Assembly (NCBI GenBank): GCA_050331615.1
Contig: JBHJGR010000073.1
Coordinates: 1-59,088 of the forward strand
Origin: Elainellaceae cyanobacterium
Lineage (GTDB): Bacteria; Cyanobacteriota; Cyanobacteriia; CAKZMO01
Length of the DNA: 59,088 nucleotides
Direction of reading: 5' to 3'
The position numbers were made by a program, and so were the translations under genes. The notes beneath the pieces are model-generated. The model ran no database searches. It saw only the letters and a program-made list of their open reading frames with translations, and was not told where the DNA came from. Positions 1 to 7,832 of the stretch are shown here, piece by piece. How positions within the stretch are numbered: position 1 is the first letter of the stretch; the number at the start of each line of letters is the position of its first letter.

Positions 1-547
1 TTGGGCAGTCAGCCCCAGCGGGAAAAGTGTCCCCAAGCGTTTTTTTACCCTGTTCCGGCGTGCCCCGCCGTACAGCATTTCGGATCTGAAACTAACAGTC
101 GCTGGTGGTTCGGTACTCTGTCGAGTCCATACGTTTTTAGAGAGGTTTTTCGCGCCTCTGGTTGCAGACTGGACTCTGCTTTCGGGTTCGAGGAGACTTA
201 CTTGGATGCTTCCACCCACCCTGGGGGTTCAAACCAGATCTATTGTATCACATGGGGCGGACTGCTGGACTTCGTCCAGCGCGGGAACCATCTGTATCCC
301 CATGTCTAAAGCCAGGGGTTTTATCCGGTTCCCGAACCCTTCAATATTCGATAATCCGTCTCTCCAGGGCTGATAACTGAGTATGGAATGATTCAGTCCC
401 TGGAGGGTCATCTGCCCCGTGGTCGCCACCTGCTCCCCTGCCAGAACCCGTCGAGGTCCGATACACTCAAGTTATCGGACCGTTTGCTGGACTGTTTTCG
501 GTCCTTCAGCCTACGGATTAGCTGGGCCTTGGGGACGGGCGATCGCT

Positions 548-1240
548 TTGGATACTCAACTCCGTGCATTACTCAACCAGATTCAACAGCAGGCTGAAGG
601 CAGCCTCGAACGGCAAAAGGCGCTGAATCGGCTCCTGATCCTGATTCCCCGTCTCTCTGGCATTGCCCGCTCTACCCACCGCGACTACCCCATCGCCTTT
701 AACCAAACTCTGGAGTGGGTGTTCAAAAATATTCAGAATTTCGAGGAACGTCCGCCTTCCCTGGAGCAGAGCCTGACAGTGTGGATCAACGGCTACCTCA
801 AGTGGCGGATCCGTGACCTGTACGAGGGCGATCAGACATCTCGCAAGCGGCAGACGAGCCTGGATCAGCCGGTTGGAAATTCTAGCGGTGATGCGATCGC
901 CCCCCTCGAGCGGCTCGCCGACCCCCATCCCGCCCTTAGCACCCTAGATGGCTACATCGCTGCCCTCCAGGCCGAAGCCCGGCAGCAGCATGGGCGAGAT
1001 ATTCAGGCACATATCGAGCAAGACCCAGACAGAACACTGCGCGGCTGCCATCCCCGCAAGCATCCTGACTGCCACTGCCAATTGCTGGCTCTGCGGCTGC
1101 TGATGCAGGAACCACCCGACCGCGTCGCCGACATTGCCCGCGAATTTCAGGTGAGTAATCAAACCCTCTATTCCCACTGGAAGCAGAAGTGCCTGCCGCT
1201 TCTGCAAGATATTGGCTGTCGCTATACCCAAGCACCATGA
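548..1240 (+). CDS. sigma-70-family-like regulator with a region-4 type HTH; first gene of the coupled cassette
   Basis: ORF 419..1240. The C-terminal RVADIAREFQVSNQTLYSHWKQKC looks like a sigma region 4.2 HTH. The first 43 codons look non-protein-like, so I propose TTG 548 (LDTQLRALLNQ) as the start. Its stop overlaps the next start (ATGA 1237-1240). Confidence 0.6.
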   Translation: MDTQLRALLNQIQQQAEGSLERQKALNRLLILIPRLSGIARSTHRDYPIAFNQTLEWVFKNIQNFEERPPSLEQSLTVWINGYLKWRIRDLYEGDQTSRKRQTSLDQPVGNSSGDAIAPLERLADPHPALSTLDGYIAALQAEARQQHGRDIQAHIEQDPDRTLRGCHPRKHPDCHCQLLALRLLMQEPPDRVADIAREFQVSNQTLYSHWKQKCLPLLQDIGCRYTQAP

Positions 1241-2184
1241 CCACTACCCTCCCGCAATCCATTCCCATCCTGCTGGAACCCGAGGCCCATCGCTATGCAG
1301 CCCAGTTTGCGGCAGAGCAGGTATCCGTTTCCAAGGGAAGACAGGTGTACCTCAACACGCTGGCCGCTTGTGCCGTACAGCGCTACCTCCAGCTCATCGC
1401 CATCCGGGCGACCCTGCACGACAGCGACTGCTGGCATCCCGGACTGCGGACGGTGCTAGATGTAGCCGACGTGACGCTGCCCCAGCGAGGTCGCCTGGAG
1501 TGCCGCCCCATACCTGCCGGTCAGACCGCTTTCACCCTGCCGCCCGAGGTGGTGGGCGATCGCCTCGGCTACTTAGCGGTGAGCTTTGACGAGGGGCTGA
1601 CGCAGGCAGAACTGCTGGGGTTCATTCCCGACCATGCCATTGCCGACCCGCTGACGCCTATCGCGATTAGCCAGTTGCGCCCGATGGATGCCCTGATTGA
1701 GACGCTCCATGCCGCTCCGCCCCTGGTCCAATCTCCTGTCCGACTACGCCAGTGGTTTGACCGTCTGTTTACCCCAGAGTGGCAGCCGGTGGAGCAGCTC
1801 GTGCCTGCCGCCCCGCGGAGCAGATCGTCGAGCTTTATGGTGGGTGAAGCTCAAGAGACGCCCTATCAGAATACGGTCAGTCGAGGGAAGCTCATACCGC
1901 TGGGTGATTCGGGAGGGGCGATCGCTCTAATTATGCGGCTTAGGGCCAGTTCGCCAGACCTGTCCTACATCCGGCTACGGCTCTATCCATCCGGTGGCCT
2001 GACGCTACTGCCCCCAGCACTGCAGGTTGCCCTGGTAGATAGTGCTGGCGAAATCTGTGCTGAGGTCACGCCTCGGGAGGCCGACGACTGGCTCCAGCTA
2101 GATTTTGAGGTGGCGATCGCCGAGCCATTTTGCATCCGGCTAACCCTGGGAGAAATAGAAATGACTGAAGAATTTGTGGCCTAA
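1237..2184 (+). CDS. DUF1822 family protein (function unknown)
   Basis: MTTTLPQSIPILLEPEAHRYAAQFAAEQVSVSKGRQVYLNTLAACAVQRYLQ...DVADVTLPQRGRLECRPI...DRLGYLAVSF matches my recollection of the cyanobacterial DUF1822 N-terminal pattern. ATG 1237 overlaps the upstream stop. Confidence 0.7.
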   Translation: MTTTLPQSIPILLEPEAHRYAAQFAAEQVSVSKGRQVYLNTLAACAVQRYLQLIAIRATLHDSDCWHPGLRTVLDVADVTLPQRGRLECRPIPAGQTAFTLPPEVVGDRLGYLAVSFDEGLTQAELLGFIPDHAIADPLTPIAISQLRPMDALIETLHAAPPLVQSPVRLRQWFDRLFTPEWQPVEQLVPAAPRSRSSSFMVGEAQETPYQNTVSRGKLIPLGDSGGAIALIMRLRASSPDLSYIRLRLYPSGGLTLLPPALQVALVDSAGEICAEVTPREADDWLQLDFEVAIAEPFCIRLTLGEIEMTEEFVA

Positions 2185-2205
2185 TCTGAAACCAGACGGG
2201 GGCTA

Positions 2206-2499
2206 TTGTCAGTAGCATTTACACCATCGGATAGCGCCACCCCATGGAAACAAGCGACGGATATGGAACGGGTCAAGATCAAACTGCGGCGAACGCCAGA
2301 ACATGATTTTCACGCGACGCTCGACTACCGGGAAGAGCAGGATGGGGTGTTGCCCGCCATGCCCGCCGATCTGAGTGAGGCATTTCACAACTGGCAGATG
2401 ACCTACCGTCAGCTAGAAGGGGTGCGATCGCACATTGCCCCCAAACCTGGCGTACGGCGAACCTTGTTCCTATTCGATGATGCTCTGGGGCTGGCATGA
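2206..2499 (+). CDS. small hypothetical protein (97 aa; 78 aa if the start is ATG 2263)
   Basis: The ORF lies 21 nt after the DUF1822 stop. Its stop overlaps the next start (ATGA 2496-2499). It contains LPAMPADLSEAFHNWQMTYRQL. I recognise no enzymatic motif. Confidence 0.45.
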   Translation: MSVAFTPSDSATPWKQATDMERVKIKLRRTPEHDFHATLDYREEQDGVLPAMPADLSEAFHNWQMTYRQLEGVRSHIAPKPGVRRTLFLFDDALGLA

Positions 2500-3803
2500 A
2501 CGCAGTTTTAAAGAAATTTAGGGTTTGGTTAGGGGCGCGAACACCGGCTGAAGTGGGTCAGACCATTGGGCTGGAGCAGGAGCGATCGGAACCGGTTCAT
2601 GCCGACTTGCCCGAGGCGATCGCCACCCAACTCCAGCAGGCCATCCGACATCTGCCCCCCCATCCGGTCCATCTGAAAGCCGTTGGTGAAGCATTAGATG
2701 GAGCGGTCGCCCGCTGGCAAACCAACCGCGACGAGCCCAACTGCTTGGTGATTTTGGGGAATCCGGTAGATGATCTGGCAGCGCTTCTGCAGGCCGCCCT
2801 CACAGCTCGCACAAGCGATGTCTTACAGGTAATTCAGCTTCAAAAAACCTGGGATGCCCGACCGCACCAGTACCTCACGATTCATACCCAGCTCAAAAAG
2901 CAGGTAGATGACCTGCCGGAGCGAGCGCCAAAGGATTCACTAACGCTCGCTACCATCCCCCGGCTGGACTGGTGCTTTCTGCGCTGTATCGATGGGTTGT
3001 CCGGTGTGGAGTATTTGAAGGATGTGGTGCTCAACCACCGCTCTCAGTTCTGGCTCATTGGCTGCAACCGCTGGGCCTGGACCTACCTGGAGCATGTCTA
3101 CCGCATTAGCGCCTATCTGGATCAGCCGTTTACCCTGCCCCGGCTAACCAGTTTGCAGATCCGCGACTGGCTCACCCCCGTTACTTCACTGGTGGCGATC
3201 GCCCCCGATTTAGACGAACCACCTGACGGAGTCAAGTCACTAATGACCGATGATGCCCCCACTGACTTGAATCACTGGTCGTCTAGGGCTGAGCAGCGCT
3301 ATTTTGACAGCCTAGCCAATAAGTCTCTGGGGGTGGGGGCAGTGGCTGCCCACCTCTGGCTGCGTTCCCTCTGTCCAGCAGCAGGACTGTCAGAAGATAA
3401 CTCTTCAGCAGACCAATCTTCAGCAGACCAATCTTCAGAAAATGAATTGTCAGCAACGGGAGGCGATCGCGCTGCCGAAATAACCCTATTGAACGGGGGG
3501 CAATCGCTTCACCCTTCCCGCCCACTGCAGCGAGACAAACCAGCCCTGCCGCCCCTGCCCGCCCTCTCCGCTGACGATCGCTACCTGCTGTTTTCCCTAC
3601 TCATGCATGGCGGCATGAGCCTACCCCACCTGCGCCTGAGCCTGGGGGATGATTACGGTAAAGTGCGGGCGCAGGTGCAGATCCTGCAGCGGGCTGGAGT
3701 AGTGAAGCAGCTGCACAGCCTGCTTAGCCTCAATCCGCTTTTCTATCCGGGGCTAAAAGCCGATTTGTCCAACAATAATTTTGTTGTGGGAGAGGATGAC
3801 TGA
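2496..3803 (+). CDS. hypothetical 435-aa protein; possible degenerate P-loop-like core plus C-terminal winged-helix-like segment
   Basis: A long ORF with normal composition. NCLVILGNPVDDLAALL and LATIPRLDWCF sit where Walker A and B would be, but the GK[ST] is missing. The C-terminus reads LLFSLLMHGGMSLPHLRLSLGDDYGKVRAQVQILQRAGVV. The stop overlaps the MscS start (TGATG 3801-3805). Confidence 0.65.
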   Translation: MNAVLKKFRVWLGARTPAEVGQTIGLEQERSEPVHADLPEAIATQLQQAIRHLPPHPVHLKAVGEALDGAVARWQTNRDEPNCLVILGNPVDDLAALLQAALTARTSDVLQVIQLQKTWDARPHQYLTIHTQLKKQVDDLPERAPKDSLTLATIPRLDWCFLRCIDGLSGVEYLKDVVLNHRSQFWLIGCNRWAWTYLEHVYRISAYLDQPFTLPRLTSLQIRDWLTPVTSLVAIAPDLDEPPDGVKSLMTDDAPTDLNHWSSRAEQRYFDSLANKSLGVGAVAAHLWLRSLCPAAGLSEDNSSADQSSADQSSENELSATGGDRAAEITLLNGGQSLHPSRPLQRDKPALPPLPALSADDRYLLFSLLMHGGMSLPHLRLSLGDDYGKVRAQVQILQRAGVVKQLHSLLSLNPLFYPGLKADLSNNNFVVGEDD

Positions 3804-4684
3804 TGGCAAAGGGAAACCCCACCGTTCGACCGGAGAACTCTGTTCTGATGGGACTGGCCTTGGTAGCCCAGAGTGGGTTGGAGACTTCGATTCGGGACGT
3901 GCTGAGTGAGGTGACGCTGCTCAAGATTGCCCAGGCTTTCCTGACGATTGGTTTGGCCTATGGAGCCACGTGGACCATCGACACGGTGATCAACTGGCTG
4001 TCCGAGCGGGTGCCGCGGCGATCGCGTTTGCGCATCAAACAGTCGCTGCCCTTCTGGCGGGCGCTGGTGCTCGTCATGGCCGTTACGGTTCTGATTAACC
4101 TGTTTCTCAACCTCTCCCCCAACAACGTGCTGGCGGTTACGGGCACGGTGGCCGTTGCCCTGGGGTTTGCCTTCAAGGACTATGCTAGCTCCGTGATTGC
4201 CGGACTGATTGCCCTGTTTGAAACTCCCTATCAGGTGGGCGATCGCGTCCGCATTGGCGAGCACTACGGGGAAGTGGTGGGCTATGGCCTGCGGGGCGTT
4301 CGCCTGCAAACCCCCAGCGACGACATCGTCACCCTGCCCCACAACAAAATCTGGACGGAGCCCATTACCAATGCCAATAAGGGTAGCCTGGAAGCGCAGG
4401 TGGTCACCGACTTCTACATGGCCCACGACGTGGATGCCGAGGAGGTGATCAAAGTGCTCTACCGGGCAGCCTACACAAGCAAATACACCCAGCTCAAGCT
4501 GCCCGTGGCGGTGGTGATGCAGGAGCAGCCCTGGGGCACGCATTTGAAGCTGAAATCCTACCCGATGGATGCCCGGGATGAGTTTGTCTACCGTACCGAC
4601 CTGCTGCTGCGGGCCAAGCGGGCCTTACGCAGCGAGGATATTGCCTACCCGGCAGTTGGCTATGGCATAGACGAGGCTGAATGA
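3803..4684 (+). CDS. mechanosensitive ion channel, MscS family
   Basis: TM segments are followed by LGFAFKDYASSVIAGLIALFETPYQVGDRVRIGEHYGEVVGYGLRGVRLQTPSDDIVTLPHNKI, which is the typical MscS beta-domain signature. Confidence 0.9.
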   Translation: MAKGNPTVRPENSVLMGLALVAQSGLETSIRDVLSEVTLLKIAQAFLTIGLAYGATWTIDTVINWLSERVPRRSRLRIKQSLPFWRALVLVMAVTVLINLFLNLSPNNVLAVTGTVAVALGFAFKDYASSVIAGLIALFETPYQVGDRVRIGEHYGEVVGYGLRGVRLQTPSDDIVTLPHNKIWTEPITNANKGSLEAQVVTDFYMAHDVDAEEVIKVLYRAAYTSKYTQLKLPVAVVMQEQPWGTHLKLKSYPMDARDEFVYRTDLLLRAKRALRSEDIAYPAVGYGIDEAE

Positions 4685-4749
4685 CCGCCAGAAAAGATGC
4701 AGCCGGGAAGATTCTACGGTACGGTAAATATCTCTAGTTCCATACCGCT

Positions 4750-6507
4750 ATGTTTGCATCTCAGCCCGATAACAGCGCCGTTGTATTTGACCGCGATCGC
4801 CAGCAGTGGCAGCGCTTTCAGCAACCCCGCCACCTTCTGACCGCTACCCGCCTGGCAGAAGTGCTTCCCGTGCTGGCGGAAGTGAGCGATCGCGTCACCG
4901 CTGAACAGCTCTATGGGGTCGGCTTCATCGCCTACGAAGCAGCTCCGGCCTTCGATCCAGCTCTGGTAGTGCGGTCCAGAGCAACTAGCGATCCTCCGTT
5001 TCCTCTGGCCTGGTTCGGGCTATACGACGCCCCGCTTCCCCTGAATTTACCCCCATTTGCGCCGGTCGAGATGGATTGGACCCCCTGCATCGCCGCAGCC
5101 GCCTACCAGGCTGCCATTGGCAAAACCAAGGACTACATCAAAGCGGGAGACACCTACCAGGTCAACTACTCCTTTCGGCTACGGGCTGCCCTGTCTGCTG
5201 ACCCCTGGCATTTGTTTCTGCAGATGATTCAGGCCCAGGGCAGCGGCTACGGAGCTTTCGTACAAACCCGGGACTGGGCCATTTGCTCCGCCTCCCCCGA
5301 GCTGTTTTTTGATCTGGCGGATCAAACCCTGGTGTCGCGCCCCATGAAGGGCACCATTTCCCGTGGCCGCTGGTATGGGGAGGATCGGCAGCGGGCGGAG
5401 TGGCTGCACCACTCCGAAAAGAACCGGGCCGAGAACGTCATGATTGTGGACATGGTGCGCAACGACATGGCCCAGATTGCCGAGACCGGAACGGTGGACG
5501 TGCCCCGCCTGTTTGACCTGGAGCAGTATCCCACCCTCTGGCAGATGACCAGTACGGTGCAGTGCCGCACGTCCGCCAGCGTACTAGAGGTATTTCGCGC
5601 CCTGTTTCCAGCGGCCTCTATCACTGGAGCCCCCAAAGCCCGCACCATGCAGATTATTGCCGAACTGGAGGCTTCGCCGCGACGCATTTATACCGGCAGC
5701 ATCGGTCTGATGCGACCGGATGGGCGATCGCAGTTTAATGTAGCTATTCGCACGGTGCTGGTGGACCGGCAGCGCCAACTGGCTGAATACGGCGTGGGCG
5801 GCGGCATTTTGTGGGATTCCCAAGATCAGGCCGAGCTGGAGGAATGCCAGACCAAGGCGCGGGTGCTGACCCAGGTGCGGCCCAGCTTTTCCCTGCTGGA
5901 GACGATGGCCTGGGAGCCAGAAACGGGCTACTTCCTGCTGGAAAAGCATCTCCAGCGGCTGCGCCAGTCGGCAGGCTATTTTGGCTTTCCCATCAGCGTC
6001 TCTACCATTCACCAGCGGCTGAAAATCCTGGCCCTGCAGCTTTCCCGTCGCCCCTATCGCGTCCGCCTGCTGCTCAACGAAGACGGCGGCATCTGGTTGG
6101 AGCACGCCCCCTATACTGAAATCCTGGAGCCGCTGCGGGTGGCTCTGGCTCCCGCCCCGGTGGATTCCGCCGATCCTTTTCTCTACCACAAAACCACCCA
6201 GCGCCAGGTATATGAACGGGCGCGATCGCACTATCCCGACCGAGACGACGTGCTGCTGTGGAACGAGCGCCAGGAGCTGACGGAAGCCTGCCTGGGCAAT
6301 ATCGTGGTCGAGCAGGATGGCGAGTTCTACACGCCCCCCGTTGCCTGTGGGCTGCTGGCTGGTACCTATCGGGCGTTTCTGCTGGAGCAGGGCAAGGTGC
6401 GGGAGCGGGTGATCCCCATCGGGGAACTGGACCAGTATTCAGGAATATTTATCATCAACTCGGTGCGAAAGATGCAGCAGGCGATCCTCAGCCCCGTGAC
6501 AAGTTAG
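4750..6507 (+). CDS. pabB: bifunctional aminodeoxychorismate synthase component I / class IV aminotransferase-like (ADC lyase) fusion
   Basis: Chorismate-binding motifs are present: SPELFF, SRPMKGT, EKNRAENVMIVDMVRND, SITGAPKARTMQIIAELE, RRIYTGSIG. The C-terminal ~200 aa (FLYHKTTQRQVYE...GNIVVEQDGEFYTPPVACGLLAGTYR) resembles the class IV aminotransferase / PabC fold. Confidence 0.85.
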   Translation: MFASQPDNSAVVFDRDRQQWQRFQQPRHLLTATRLAEVLPVLAEVSDRVTAEQLYGVGFIAYEAAPAFDPALVVRSRATSDPPFPLAWFGLYDAPLPLNLPPFAPVEMDWTPCIAAAAYQAAIGKTKDYIKAGDTYQVNYSFRLRAALSADPWHLFLQMIQAQGSGYGAFVQTRDWAICSASPELFFDLADQTLVSRPMKGTISRGRWYGEDRQRAEWLHHSEKNRAENVMIVDMVRNDMAQIAETGTVDVPRLFDLEQYPTLWQMTSTVQCRTSASVLEVFRALFPAASITGAPKARTMQIIAELEASPRRIYTGSIGLMRPDGRSQFNVAIRTVLVDRQRQLAEYGVGGGILWDSQDQAELEECQTKARVLTQVRPSFSLLETMAWEPETGYFLLEKHLQRLRQSAGYFGFPISVSTIHQRLKILALQLSRRPYRVRLLLNEDGGIWLEHAPYTEILEPLRVALAPAPVDSADPFLYHKTTQRQVYERARSHYPDRDDVLLWNERQELTEACLGNIVVEQDGEFYTPPVACGLLAGTYRAFLLEQGKVRERVIPIGELDQYSGIFIINSVRKMQQAILSPVTS

Positions 6508-7541
6508 GGGATAAGGGCATCGGCGATCGCCCCCGCCCCAAAGCGAATCACATCCGTGCAGGGTAGCCCCGTCTGCTGCTGCGTCTGCTCAATCACCGCT
6601 TTGGCCGCATTTTCCGGGAGGTGGAAGGTATTGAGGGCGATCGCCGCCACCTTGACAGGAGCGAAGGCCCCCCCGGCCCAGGCCACCGTCTCATAGACCC
6701 GAATCACCTCCGGCAGGGGTGGAATGGGGAAGTCGGGTAAATCGCGAATGTGGGGCTGTCCGGCTCGATGCACCAGCACCAGATGGGTGGGCTGGCTGCC
6801 GCGCATCAGCGGCAGGGTGGCAGTGGACCCCGGATGCATCAGCGATCCCTGGCCCTCCACAAAGAGAATGTCGTGGTCGTGGCCGTACTTCATCACCAGT
6901 TGCTCCACTGCTCCAGCAGCGAAGTCAATGCGCACGGCGTCCAGGGGAATGCCATCTTCCCCCAGCATCAGCCCGGTTTGACCCGTGGCGAGAAAGCGCG
7001 ATCGCAGTCCCCGTTCTCGACAGGCCCGATTTAGCTCTAGACCGGCAGACATCTTGCCCACGCCCATATCCGTACCCACTATGAGCACCCGGCGACAGGG
7101 GAGCGATCGCGCCAGTCCCTGCCCAATGGTTAGCCCCGTCGGTTCTCGCCGCACGTCCCAAATCCACTGATCAGACTTCACGGTTTTGAACATGGGGTCC
7201 ATCGCCATCGGCGTGTGCAGCCCATTCACGATCGAAAGTCCGGCAGCAACGGCGGTTTGGATCTCCTGCTTCCAGGGATCGGGGAGCGCTCCCCCAGAAG
7301 GCGCGATGCCGATGGCCAGCACGTCTGGATGTAGCGGTAGCGCCTCCTCTACTGACCCCACAATAGGAATCTTCCGGTCGATGCCCACTAGGTCGGCGAG
7401 GGATCGCCCCGCAGCGGACTGATCAATTACGGCCACGATTGGCAGCTCGCTGTAGCGCAGCAGGGAGATGCCCGTCTTGCCGCTTACTCCGGTCAAACCG
7501 TTGTGGAGCAGAATGGCCAGTCGATGGTGGGATTGCAGCAT
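6504..7541 (-). CDS. DUF1611 family protein (DgcN-like putative N-acetyltransferase)
   Basis: VGTDMGVGKMSAGLEL...LATGQTGLMLGEDGIPLDAVRIDFAAGAVEQLV...FVEGQGSLMHPGSTATLPLMRGSQPTHLVLVH fits the DUF1611 pattern as I recall it. Confidence 0.7.
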   Translation of the reverse strand: MLQSHHRLAILLHNGLTGVSGKTGISLLRYSELPIVAVIDQSAAGRSLADLVGIDRKIPIVGSVEEALPLHPDVLAIGIAPSGGALPDPWKQEIQTAVAAGLSIVNGLHTPMAMDPMFKTVKSDQWIWDVRREPTGLTIGQGLARSLPCRRVLIVGTDMGVGKMSAGLELNRACRERGLRSRFLATGQTGLMLGEDGIPLDAVRIDFAAGAVEQLVMKYGHDHDILFVEGQGSLMHPGSTATLPLMRGSQPTHLVLVHRAGQPHIRDLPDFPIPPLPEVIRVYETVAWAGGAFAPVKVAAIALNTFHLPENAAKAVIEQTQQQTGLPCTDVIRFGAGAIADALIP

Positions 7542-7664
7542 ATAGAAAGCGTCCGCTAGCGATAGATAGTCTGTCTCAAACGATTATGCCTAAAGACCCT
7601 GGTTTCTGGACGGGATATCTCTTCCAATGGAGAAAGAATGCCGTCTTGCTGAGGATGCAAAAAA

Positions 7665-7829
7665 ATGGTGCAAAAGTCACTTCAATCCCGTACAACCATC
7701 GGATGGTCGCTGGTGACGTCTGGTGTGGTCACGCTACTGCTGAAGCTGCTCCCGTTTGATTCCCTTTGGTGGGGTCTCGGCCTGCTGATTGCTGGGGGGC
7801 TTATTCTGTACCTGCGCGACAATTACTAG
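7665..7829 (+). CDS. possible small membrane protein (54 aa)
   Basis: My own translation is MVQKSLQSRTTIGWSLVTSGVVTLLLKLLPFDSLWWGLGLLIAGGLILYLRDNY, with two hydrophobic stretches. GAGGA lies 9 nt upstream. The ORF is below the track's length cutoff. Confidence 0.3.
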   Translation: MVQKSLQSRTTIGWSLVTSGVVTLLLKLLPFDSLWWGLGLLIAGGLILYLRDNY

Positions 7830-7832
7830 CGC

